Source of the DNA: Bradymonadia bacterium
GTDB lineage: Bacteria > Myxococcota_A > Bradymonadia > UBA7976 > UBA1532
Reading direction: 5' to 3'
Length of the DNA stretch: 64,000 nt
NCBI GenBank assembly: GCA_046290225.1
Contig: JBKAGE010000039.1
Coordinates: 96,001 to 160,000 of the forward strand
Part shown: one piece after another, positions 47,133 through 55,792 of the stretch
Layout of the letters: each line of letters opens with the position of its first letter
Numbering within the stretch: position 1 is the stretch's first letter
Program-made: the position numbers and the translations under genes
Notes under the pieces: generated by a model
What the model was told of the DNA's origin: nothing
What the model saw: only the letters and a program-made list of their open reading frames with translations
Database searches by the model: none

Positions 47133-48185
47133 GTGCGGTCGAGTGCTGCGCCAGCGCTGCCCGACGACATCGACCTCATCGTGCCGAGACGACGTGACGA
47201 GCCGGTCATGCTACGGCTTCTGGCAGCAGCCCCCACGCATCCTCGTGGCGAAGGACACGACATCCTCGCGGTCTTCGTGGGTCAGAAGGCTTCGCTTCAT
47301 GATGGAAGGCTGCCCGTCGCAGGTCGATATGAGCGCGAAGGGGACACTGTACGGTTCTTGCCAATGTTCGGCTTTGCCGCAGGGCAAGATTATGTGGTGC
47401 GCATCCGCTGCAATGGTGAGTCGCCCCGATTCACCGAGTTTCGCATTGACGCTCAGGCCGCAGCCCCGAGGGCGCGTGTCACGGCTGTATACCCCAGTGG
47501 CGATGCGCTTCCGGAGAACGTCCTACGTTTCTATGTGCATTTCTCGGTGCCGATGGCACCTCACCGCGCCTCGGACTTCATCCGACTGCGCGACGCGCGA
47601 GGTCTCAGCGACGATGCTGCGTTCATGCAGTTCAAGCAGGAACTCTGGAATCAGGATCGAACGCGGCTGACCATCCTGCTCGACCCTGGGCGTATCAAGC
47701 GAGGTGTAACCACCAACCTCCGCCTCGGCCCCGCACTGCTCGAAGGGCACCGCTATGCCCTGACCCTTGAGGGCGGTTGGCCGTCCGCAGATGGCTCATC
47801 CCAGCTGCCTGCGTATTCGAAGAACTTCGGCGTGACGGCGCCTCTGCGCGAGCAACCCAGGGTGGGGCTGTGGGCCTGGACGCCCCCGACCTCGGGTACG
47901 CGCGATGCGCTCCGAATTCAGTTCGACCGGCCGTTCGACCGCCACGCGCTGCGTGGAGCCATTCAGATCGCGGCGAGCGATGGCCGCATCCTCTCCGGGA
48001 CATCGCAGGTGGGTGACGACGAATCGTCCTGGTCTTTCACCCCCGACGACGCCTGGCCCTCGAGCGACGTGCAACTCATCGTCGACGAGGCCCTCGAGGA
48101 TGTCGCCGGCAATAACCTGCGCGAGCTTCTCGACCGGGATGTGGGCGCCACCGAAAACAGTCGAGCGAGCCATGAAAAAGGTTGA
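47133..48185 (+). CDS. Hypothetical protein with Ig-like domains
   Basis: YPSGDALPENVLRFYVHFS.PM, ELWN..RTRLT.LLDPGRIKRG, LEDVAGN. Confidence 0.7.
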   Translation: MRSSAAPALPDDIDLIVPRRRDEPVMLRLLAAAPTHPRGEGHDILAVFVGQKASLHDGRLPVAGRYEREGDTVRFLPMFGFAAGQDYVVRIRCNGESPRFTEFRIDAQAAAPRARVTAVYPSGDALPENVLRFYVHFSVPMAPHRASDFIRLRDARGLSDDAAFMQFKQELWNQDRTRLTILLDPGRIKRGVTTNLRLGPALLEGHRYALTLEGGWPSADGSSQLPAYSKNFGVTAPLREQPRVGLWAWTPPTSGTRDALRIQFDRPFDRHALRGAIQIAASDGRILSGTSQVGDDESSWSFTPDDAWPSSDVQLIVDEALEDVAGNNLRELLDRDVGATENSRASHEKG

Positions 48186-48819
48186 GCTGTGTCTGATCAC
48201 GTTCGGCGTGATCATCGGGATCATTGGTGTCCTTCACGGATGTGCCGAGCTGCTGCAGGGCAGTGCCCTGGTGGGGAGCCAGTCCACAGCGGCCATGCCA
48301 GAGGGCTGGCCCAACAGCGAATTTCACACGCTGATGAAGGGGTCGCCCGTATTCACGTTGCTCACCGGCATACCCTTCTTTGCCTTGGGGCTCCTCGCGA
48401 TCTCGGTGTCGATCACGATGATCGTATGCTCACTGACCGTCGTGAGGCTGAACCGCTTCGGACTGGCTGTGTTCGCGCTGTTGAGCGCGGGGATCTTTCT
48501 CTTCGGGGCGGGCAGAGGCACGCCAGTGGCGGTGAGCATGCCCGTGCTCGTTTTTGGGGTGGCTTCACTCGCCATGCCTGGGACCAAGACGCGAAGCAGC
48601 GCAGCCATCAGACGGCTGCGGTTCTGGTTCAACGCTTTTTACTGGCTGCACATCTTCAGCTGGGTCCTGTTTTTCCCAGGGCTGTTCATCCTGAGCTTCT
48701 ACGGGGAGATACCGACGGCTCTCTTCATCTTCGACTTCGCCGCCATGCCAGTGTCGGTGTTGGGCGCGCTCATATCGGGTTTCATGTTGGATCGGTCGTA
48801 CTCTGCAAGTACACCGTAA
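48172..48819 (+). CDS. Hypothetical multi-pass membrane protein
   Basis: About six hydrophobic segments from MKKVEL; overlaps the upstream gene by 14 bp. Confidence 0.7.
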   Translation: MKKVELCLITFGVIIGIIGVLHGCAELLQGSALVGSQSTAAMPEGWPNSEFHTLMKGSPVFTLLTGIPFFALGLLAISVSITMIVCSLTVVRLNRFGLAVFALLSAGIFLFGAGRGTPVAVSMPVLVFGVASLAMPGTKTRSSAAIRRLRFWFNAFYWLHIFSWVLFFPGLFILSFYGEIPTALFIFDFAAMPVSVLGALISGFMLDRSYSASTP

Positions 48820-48900
48820 GACACGCATCAGGTCTCGGCCGGTCAGTGAACTGGCGTTCGCGAGCCGGAAAGTGCGTAGCAGCTACACACCCCAAAAAAC

Positions 48901-48938
48901 AAAAAAGCCCAGGTCTTTCGACCTGGGCTTTTCATTTG
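48901..48938. terminator. Bidirectional intrinsic terminator
   Basis: AAAAGCCCAGGTC-TTTC-GACCTGGGCTTTT perfect 13-bp stem with A-tract before and T-tract after, between convergent operons. Confidence 0.85.
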
Positions 48939-49089
48939 CTCCCCTTGCGGGACGCTACGGCGAGACGGGGCTGAGCGGGCGGCTCTCGCAAGTGTCTGAT
49001 CTTCCTGGGCTTGCGAGAGGTGGGGCTGACGGGGCGTGGTTGCGTGAACCTGGGGCTCGGTGAGAGCGCGAGACGCCAAGGCGAACCGG

Positions 49090-52000
49090 TCATGGCCCAT
49101 CCTGCTCTGAGTTCGGTGCCTCGGCGTCGAGGCGGAGCCTCAGGTCGTCGGCAATTCTCTGAGGCAGAGGCGCCCACACCGAGCCGCGCTCTTCGCCGAG
49201 ATCATCGTCGAGCCGTTCTGCCTCCATGGCGTCATCCACGACACGGTGACCGTCAACCGCGTACTCGCCGCCCATCGTGACCTCGAAGATGTGGGCGCGA
49301 CCGTGGACGACCCGGAACCGGTGCTCGTCGTACGTGCCGGCGATGTATGGGACGGCGACGTCGAGCGAGCAGTCCCCGTCTCCGTTTCCGCTTCGCTGAA
49401 GGCGCTCGGTCTTGCTGCCTATGCGGTCAACTCGCCCGGTTCGCTGCTCGAGGGTGGCCGGGTTCCACGGCAGGTCGTGGTGAACGACGTGCCGACACTC
49501 GCGGTGCAGGTCGATGCCCTCCTGGCCGACAGTCGTCACGATGAGGACCTCCGGCACAAGAGGCGTGTTGAAGCCCATGAATAGCCGGTCTCGCTCAGAG
49601 CTGGCGACGGATCCAGTGACGCGGGTGACGACATCGCGGTTCCGGCTCGCGTCCTCGTAGGCGGCGATCTGCTCTTCGAGCCCGACCGCCTTCTGCAGCG
49701 TCTCCAGGTAGGCCTCGAACCGCTCGCGTGCCGACTCACCAGCAGCGGGGGGCGACTCGTACCGACGGTGGATGAGCGTGGTCCAGTCGTCGTCGGCCGC
49801 ATCGTCGTCGACGTCGGGCCTCGCGGTCGGATCGTCGAGGATGAAGCGGGCGAGGAAGCCGGGAGACCGGACCAGGCGCCGGAGCATTCGGGCGGCCAGC
49901 GCCCTCAATCGGGCAGGCAGCTCGGCGAGCGCTGCGGCGTGCCATCGGGTGAGCAGACTCGGGACATCCACCGAGCCGTCACGGAGATATGGGGCCAGGA
50001 CCGCCTGACCAGCACGCCCCCTGAGGACGTCGGTCCAGGCGGCCACGTCCTCGGACCGCGCGGTGTCGCCAGCCGCCTCCATGTCCTCATCGTCAGGCAA
50101 TGCCTCAACTTCAGCCTCACGCAGAACGCCCTCGACGACCACACGCCGACGCGCCGGCCAGTCTGGGGCCGAGATGAACGCGATGGCGTCCTCGACAGTC
50201 TCAGCAAGACGAAGAGGTGCAAGGACCTCCCCGAGCCAGGCCCGCCCGGCATCGGAGCACTCCCAGCGAGCGACCAGCGCTTGTTCGACGGCCGCGAGGA
50301 CGCGTCGTCGGTCAAAGCGGCTACGATCGCGAGGTGGACCACCGAGTGCGAGCCGGGCTGCTATCTCCTGGATGTCGCGCTTCCGCAGAGCGAGCTTCCG
50401 CGGCACCCGCCCTCGGCTACCCGCCAGGGGGTGGTCTTGAAAGAGCAGGAAGACCGTCTGGCGGTAGTTGTAGAGCCGCCTCTGGAAGTTCTTGAGGCGC
50501 AGATCCAGCTCTTCGGGGCGGCATTTGAAGGCCGCGGTCAGCACGGCTGTGCTGTGAGCGTCGATCCGTCGGTTCACGGCGGTACGGACAGCGTCGACGG
50601 TGGCGATGTTGAAGCAGAACACCAGGGTCTTGTCGCCCTGAAGCCACGCTCGGAACGCCCGCTCTGCGGTCACGGCGACCTTCGGGTGCTCATGGCTCTC
50701 GCCGTTGACCGCTCGCTGGACGAGCCGGAGGTAGCGCGCCGCTTCTGGACTTCGTCCCGGCAGCATCCTGCGGAGCTCCCCCTCACGGAAGAAAGCGTAG
50801 GACCCACCGAGGTCGGCGCCGAGGCTGGTCGAACCGCGGCCATCCTTCTGTTCCTGCACCGCTCGCATCATCAGGTAGTGCACGAGCTCGGCGTCGCCGT
50901 TCACGTCCAGGCCCGGCCTCCACCTGAGCGCGCTTCCTCGCGCGCTGGGGGCATCGGCTTCGGGCGCGGCCTCGCGTCCGACCCACCAGGCCCGGTGGGA
51001 CACGTCGCGCCGGTGGCGCAGCAGGAACGGCCTGAGGCTCAGACCAAGGCGGGTGTGAGCGTCGCGGACGCTCAGCGCGGCACCGACCGCGCGCTGGAGG
51101 CGCGGCGGCAGCCCCGCCGCTCTCCCCGAATCCCCGTTCCTCGGCCAGGCCGACTCGAGATCGTCGAGGTCGCTGGGCGCAACCTCCGCCCATGCAGCGC
51201 GAAGAGTGTCCCCCGCGCTCCCAGCAGCCCGCAGGTCGGCGTCCAGAGAGGCGACCTGTTCATCGAGGAAGGCGGTTCGCTCCCCCGACAACGCAATGCA
51301 ACGGCGGAGGTTGAGCACGGAGATGAGCTCGTGTGGCCCCAGCTGGAATGGTGTTGCGGACAGCCCCAGAAGCCGATCGATCCGCAGCCCGAGCGTGTGC
51401 TGGAACCGCCACCAGCTCGTCGGGTGGTTCTTCCAGTTGTGGATCTCGTCCACGATGACGAGCGGAAGGCTGTGCGGCACGGTCTGCCCGAGCGCCGCCC
51501 GGCACAGCTCGCGAATGTCTTGCCAGAAGGAAGAACGCTTGCTGCGACCGTTTCGGATCCGCTTCCACGAGTCGCGCAGGCGGTCGCACAGCCAAGGGTC
51601 CATCCGCTCGAGCCGGCGCCACGCACCGCGAACCTGTGCGTCGCCGAAGCCAACCTCGTGCGTGCCCTGGGCGTGCTCCCAGATCGCCGTCGAACGCCTC
51701 AAGTCCAGGTTCTTCCGCGTCGCGTGAGTGGGCCAGTCGTCCAAGAGCTGGAGGCGCTGGTCCATGGACAGACCGAAGCCGTCCATGTGGAGAAGGGAGT
51801 GGATCGCGGCCAGCCGCGCGGTGTCGAGCCGGTGGAGCCTCGCCGAGAACGCCGGCATGCGAGCGATGACAAGCGTCGGACGGCGTAGTCGTAGCGCGTG
51901 CGCGAGCTCGTGCGGCGTCGAGGCCGACTTCACATCGAATCCAAGGCCCGCTGGCGCGACGAGCTTCACGAACCGCTCAGCCTCACGTCGCCACTTCCGA

Positions 52001-52305
52001 AAGAGCGCGTGGGCATGCGGCGTCACCACCAGCACCGGGCCCGTGGCCAGTCCGGCGGCCTTCCGTTGGTGTAGAACCGACCACGCTACGCCCAAGGCCA
52101 CGAACGTCTTTCCCAGCCCCACCTCGTCAGCAAGCAGGACCATCTCCCGGCGCTGCTCGTCATCGTCGTCGTAGAGCCGCTGCAGGATCGCGTCGATCGT
52201 TCGCTCCTGCCTCCCGGCAGCAGCCTCAACGGCGCCGGGGTTGCCGTCCCCGAGCGCTGATCTGAGCGAGCGCCTGAGATCCAGTCCGGCAGGCCGTTCG
52301 ATCAT
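49090..52305 (-). CDS. SF2 (SNF2/ResIII-like) helicase, ZacC-like
   Basis: LLADEVGLGKT, VIVDEIH, GLSATPF, FNTP..P.VLI.T.VGQEGIDLH, WNP..LEQR.GRVDRIG; ATG 52305 overlaps the PLD gene stop (ATGA). Confidence 0.85.
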   Translation of the reverse strand: MIERPAGLDLRRSLRSALGDGNPGAVEAAAGRQERTIDAILQRLYDDDDEQRREMVLLADEVGLGKTFVALGVAWSVLHQRKAAGLATGPVLVVTPHAHALFRKWRREAERFVKLVAPAGLGFDVKSASTPHELAHALRLRRPTLVIARMPAFSARLHRLDTARLAAIHSLLHMDGFGLSMDQRLQLLDDWPTHATRKNLDLRRSTAIWEHAQGTHEVGFGDAQVRGAWRRLERMDPWLCDRLRDSWKRIRNGRSKRSSFWQDIRELCRAALGQTVPHSLPLVIVDEIHNWKNHPTSWWRFQHTLGLRIDRLLGLSATPFQLGPHELISVLNLRRCIALSGERTAFLDEQVASLDADLRAAGSAGDTLRAAWAEVAPSDLDDLESAWPRNGDSGRAAGLPPRLQRAVGAALSVRDAHTRLGLSLRPFLLRHRRDVSHRAWWVGREAAPEADAPSARGSALRWRPGLDVNGDAELVHYLMMRAVQEQKDGRGSTSLGADLGGSYAFFREGELRRMLPGRSPEAARYLRLVQRAVNGESHEHPKVAVTAERAFRAWLQGDKTLVFCFNIATVDAVRTAVNRRIDAHSTAVLTAAFKCRPEELDLRLKNFQRRLYNYRQTVFLLFQDHPLAGSRGRVPRKLALRKRDIQEIAARLALGGPPRDRSRFDRRRVLAAVEQALVARWECSDAGRAWLGEVLAPLRLAETVEDAIAFISAPDWPARRRVVVEGVLREAEVEALPDDEDMEAAGDTARSEDVAAWTDVLRGRAGQAVLAPYLRDGSVDVPSLLTRWHAAALAELPARLRALAARMLRRLVRSPGFLARFILDDPTARPDVDDDAADDDWTTLIHRRYESPPAAGESARERFEAYLETLQKAVGLEEQIAAYEDASRNRDVVTRVTGSVASSERDRLFMGFNTPLVPEVLIVTTVGQEGIDLHRECRHVVHHDLPWNPATLEQRTGRVDRIGSKTERLQRSGNGDGDCSLDVAVPYIAGTYDEHRFRVVHGRAHIFEVTMGGEYAVDGHRVVDDAMEAERLDDDLGEERGSVWAPLPQRIADDLRLRLDAEAPNSEQDGP

Positions 52306-54425
52306 GGCGTGCCTCGATGCATGTCGAGGTAGGTGCGGACGATGGCGGTCCGGTCTTGGTCCGGGAGGTCGGCGGTGGCCTCCGCGAGCAGCGTGCCCAC
52401 TTCGGCGACAGCCTGGGCTCGCAGGGATTCGGTGACACCGTCCGCCAGCTCGGGCAACGGGACACACTGGAGCAGGCGGTGCAGCTCGGCCAATTGGAAC
52501 GCGGTGGCAACGGCCGTCTTCTGGGGACGCCCGGGCTGGGGCTCCCGACGAGCGCGGAGCGCTTCGCGGGCCAGCTCGACCGGAGATCGGTGTCCCAGGA
52601 GCGCCGCACGAAGCCCCGTCTCGGTCATCCCGGCATCGGCCAGACGGTTGCGTATGCCCGGAAGCGCGTGGACGAAGTCGCGCACTAGGTAGCTGAGGAT
52701 GTCGCCCGTGAGCGAAGGCGACTCCTGGGCCCCCTTGACCGGGTCGATGCTGTGTCCGAAGCCCCCGTCCTCGCTCTCGCCAGTCGGGCGCAGGCCCAGG
52801 AACCAGGCGATGAGCGACTGCTCGTCCTCGCGTGAGCGGGACTCGACTACCGGGAAGAGGTGCTTGTCCTCGAAGACGACGGGCACGATGGCGGTGAGCT
52901 CGCCCCACGTGACCTCTGCTTCCAGGTCAGGCAGCGCTGGCCAAGCCCCCCGGTCGGCTTCGGGAAGGTGCTCCATCCACGATGCCCGCAGAGGCGTGGT
53001 GGCATGGAAGAACCCATGAGCATCTGACGGTGCCCCTATCGTCCACGCGTCGAACCACTCCTCCCGATTGAGAAGGCGAGAGCGGATGTCACGCATCCGA
53101 ATGACTACCTCTGGAGGCCACTCTGCCGCATCGCCCTCGAGGACCAGCTCGTCCCTTCGAGCTCGGAGCGAGACGATGAATGTCGGCCAGCCGACGCCGT
53201 CGTCCCCGTCGAAGGGCGTGGGCTCGACCACGAAGTCTTCGGGCGCGCGGGTCACCTTGCGCCACGCGGTCCCGAAGGACAGCACTGCCGTCAAACCAGC
53301 AGCTTCCTTCTTCGGCAGCGCCCACATCAGGCCCGCTTCGGCATTGCTGCTGCTCACCAGGCCCATGCCCTTGCGGGTGAGGTTGAACGAGCCGATCGCC
53401 AGGCGCGTGTGCTTACTCCCTTCGACGAGCAGCGCCTTGGCGTGCAGCGAGCGCTGACCATCAGCCTTGGGCGCGCGACGGGCGGCCACCTCATCGAACT
53501 CCCCCTCGTCGTCCTCGTCGGTCGCCGTGCATCCGTACCCAGGGTCGGCCGCGGCGACCTCGACGGACGCGCCCGCCGTCAGGAGCGCTCGCACGAGACC
53601 GGCCGGGATCACCGGGCGCGCCCGTCCCTTCTCGTCGAGGTCAGCGGGACCGATGAGGCGCACCGTCTTCCAGTTGCCACCACACAGCCTCCGCAGCGCT
53701 GTGGCCACGTCCGATAGGTCGTCGCCCGCCGGCCAGAACGGACTGGAGATGGTCACCCGGGACACCCGGTCTCCCTGGGACGCAAGGGGCGGGAACCCGG
53801 CTTCCGATGGAAGCCCGACGAAGCGCAGCTGCTCAACTCGCCGCGGTGCCGGGCGGTTCTTGAAGACCGCCTTGATATCTCGGAGCTGGCGCGTCACCTG
53901 TTCGGTCGTTTCGCCGACCAGACCTTCGAGCCAGGACACCGCGTCGCGCACTGCGGTCGCAGCTTCGGCGGCGGCCCCGGGCGCATCGTCGATGGCAGCG
54001 CCGACCTCGATGTTGCTTCGGAATCCCGGGCTGGTGAGGTTGGCAGAGCCTACGACCAGTCGCACGACCTGACTTGTTGGCTCTGGCGCTGCGGGCGAGA
54101 CGAACCGCAGTATCGCCACTTTGGCATGCAGCTTCGGGTAGCGCCCCTCCGGGATGGGAACGAGATCAATCCGCGGCGAGCGACGCAGACCGGCCTGATA
54201 CCGGCCGGGGTGGAAGAACACCGACACCTCGGTGTCCTGCAGCGCTCGTTCGAGCTCCAAGCGAAACTCCCTCCCTCGTGCCGCCGGGAGTCGCAGGTCC
54301 AGCGCAACGGGGAGGAGGTCCTCCTCGAGGAAGTCCGCCTGCAGCTCATAGGTGGTCGCCACAGCGCTGGCGAGCCGGTAGCCCTGCGGGGGCTCCCACA
54401 ACTCGAGAAGTCGACGCGCCTTCAC
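52302..54425 (-). CDS. Phospholipase D-family nuclease-like protein with two HxK motifs, ZacB-like
   Basis: LHAKVAILRF...VGSANLT and LHAKALL...IGSFNLT; AVATTYEL N-terminus; GTGA overlap with the upstream gene. Confidence 0.8.
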   Translation of the reverse strand: MKARRLLELWEPPQGYRLASAVATTYELQADFLEEDLLPVALDLRLPAARGREFRLELERALQDTEVSVFFHPGRYQAGLRRSPRIDLVPIPEGRYPKLHAKVAILRFVSPAAPEPTSQVVRLVVGSANLTSPGFRSNIEVGAAIDDAPGAAAEAATAVRDAVSWLEGLVGETTEQVTRQLRDIKAVFKNRPAPRRVEQLRFVGLPSEAGFPPLASQGDRVSRVTISSPFWPAGDDLSDVATALRRLCGGNWKTVRLIGPADLDEKGRARPVIPAGLVRALLTAGASVEVAAADPGYGCTATDEDDEGEFDEVAARRAPKADGQRSLHAKALLVEGSKHTRLAIGSFNLTRKGMGLVSSSNAEAGLMWALPKKEAAGLTAVLSFGTAWRKVTRAPEDFVVEPTPFDGDDGVGWPTFIVSLRARRDELVLEGDAAEWPPEVVIRMRDIRSRLLNREEWFDAWTIGAPSDAHGFFHATTPLRASWMEHLPEADRGAWPALPDLEAEVTWGELTAIVPVVFEDKHLFPVVESRSREDEQSLIAWFLGLRPTGESEDGGFGHSIDPVKGAQESPSLTGDILSYLVRDFVHALPGIRNRLADAGMTETGLRAALLGHRSPVELAREALRARREPQPGRPQKTAVATAFQLAELHRLLQCVPLPELADGVTESLRAQAVAEVGTLLAEATADLPDQDRTAIVRTYLDMHRGTP

Positions 54426-55750
54426 GATGCAGCCTCCCACGCCCCTGCCTCTCGGAGCATGCCGGCGAACTGTTCGATCCGGTACGGATGGGTGAACGCC
54501 GAGGCGCTCGGCTTCTCCGGCCTCTCGTCGAGGGCGTACCGAGGCGCCACGACGACTTCATGCCCGCGAAGCTCAACCCATGGGAGCTTCGGCTGCCTGG
54601 AGGCGTCCAGCTTGCCCGCCTGGACCCGTTCGTGATGACGCACCAGACCCTCGACCAGGCGAGCTTCGTCAGGGGCCCGAACTGTGGGTTCGACGGCCAG
54701 GCTGAAACCGTGAACAGCGTCAGCCACTGCGTGCGGCAGGCTCGCTCCATGGGCACTCAGCGCGCTCTTCAGTGCGTCGCCCAGGTCCTCGAGCGCGGCA
54801 GAGCCGCCGGCGAGACCGATTGACTTCGCCGGTACTGGCCGGCGGTAGCCGACAGCCCGAATCTGGTCGAAGCGGTAGAGCAGCTCTCGGTGGAGGTTCT
54901 CAAACGCGGACGCCACTGCAAGAACGGCAGCGAGGCGTTCCGACAGTGGGTCCCGCTCCTTCCGGAGTTGAGCGTTCAGTCCTTGGAAGGTGTCCCCATC
55001 GGACGACGTGCCGTCGGTCGCCTGCATCGCCGCGGCCACCTTCCGGTGTGCGCCTGGCTCCAGAAGGGCGTCGGCCAAGAGACGGCGCTCACGTGTCGTC
55101 GCAGCACCGAGGTGGGCGCTCCGCCCCCATTCGACAAGGGCCTGCTCCGAAAGGCTGGGCGAATCTCCGCGCACGACTCGCAGCAGTGTTCCTCGGTTTG
55201 GCGTGCTGCGATGGCGGAGGAAGGCTTCGGCAAGCTCCACTCCGCGCGGCGTGAGCGCACCCGACTCGTGTTCGACGAGCCCTCCCGCCACCAACGTGAC
55301 CCAGTACGTGCCGACGCCGCCAACGCCCGCCTGGTTGCGGAGCATCGGGAACGCCGGTGACCGAATCCCCTCCGAAACCGCACGGCGGACGTAGGACACG
55401 CCGCGAAGTTGTCGCCAGGCCGGGCAGTCCTCGGTCACGCCCTCCGCCTTGGCGTAGGTGCCGGTGGCGAGCGCAACCAGCCTCTCCCAGGCGAGGACTT
55501 GTTGTCTCCGTGCTCGCCCCGCGCGTCCACCGGTGGGCGCATCGGGCACGTCGTCGAGAAGTCGGAGCCCGGCGCAGACCCACGAGAGGTAGCGAACCCG
55601 GGACGTGATCGTCGTGACGCCGGGGAGCAGGGTCGTGGCGATGGCCGTGAACGGCCTGAGCGCTCCAAGCGGATCAATGCTACCGGAGCTGGCCGCTCGA
55701 GGATCCCAGGCAGAAACGAACGGGAGTGGCAGGCCGGCGTTAGTTGTCAC
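54422..55750 (-). CDS. Hypothetical protein, DUF6361/ZacA-like
   Basis: N-terminal W...G.IDPLG......LLPGVTTITSRVRYL motif; GGAGG RBS before GTG. Confidence 0.65.
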   Translation of the reverse strand: MTTNAGLPLPFVSAWDPRAASSGSIDPLGALRPFTAIATTLLPGVTTITSRVRYLSWVCAGLRLLDDVPDAPTGGRAGRARRQQVLAWERLVALATGTYAKAEGVTEDCPAWRQLRGVSYVRRAVSEGIRSPAFPMLRNQAGVGGVGTYWVTLVAGGLVEHESGALTPRGVELAEAFLRHRSTPNRGTLLRVVRGDSPSLSEQALVEWGRSAHLGAATTRERRLLADALLEPGAHRKVAAAMQATDGTSSDGDTFQGLNAQLRKERDPLSERLAAVLAVASAFENLHRELLYRFDQIRAVGYRRPVPAKSIGLAGGSAALEDLGDALKSALSAHGASLPHAVADAVHGFSLAVEPTVRAPDEARLVEGLVRHHERVQAGKLDASRQPKLPWVELRGHEVVVAPRYALDERPEKPSASAFTHPYRIEQFAGMLREAGAWEAAS

Positions 55751-55792
55751 GTGGCCTCCAGGGATCGTGGCAGACCGTTCGCGTCGCCCTCA

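Noticed and set aside
48939..49060. Possible tRNA gene at the island edge
   Set aside because: No cloverleaf or intact T-loop (GTTCGA) could be built; kept only as a weak att-like scar.
49768..51888. 706-aa plus-strand ORF
   Set aside because: Antisense shadow of the helicase gene.
52306..52908. N-terminal 201 aa of the 1272-aa helicase ORF
   Set aside because: Overlaps the PLD gene in another frame and is Arg/Pro/Gly-rich; ATG 52305 with an ATGA overlap is the better start.
49090..54425. DISARM or Druantia assignment for the helicase/PLD genes
   Set aside because: No DUF1998 (DrmB/DruE-type) domain or associated methylase is visible; the three-gene layout fits an Azaca-like module better.
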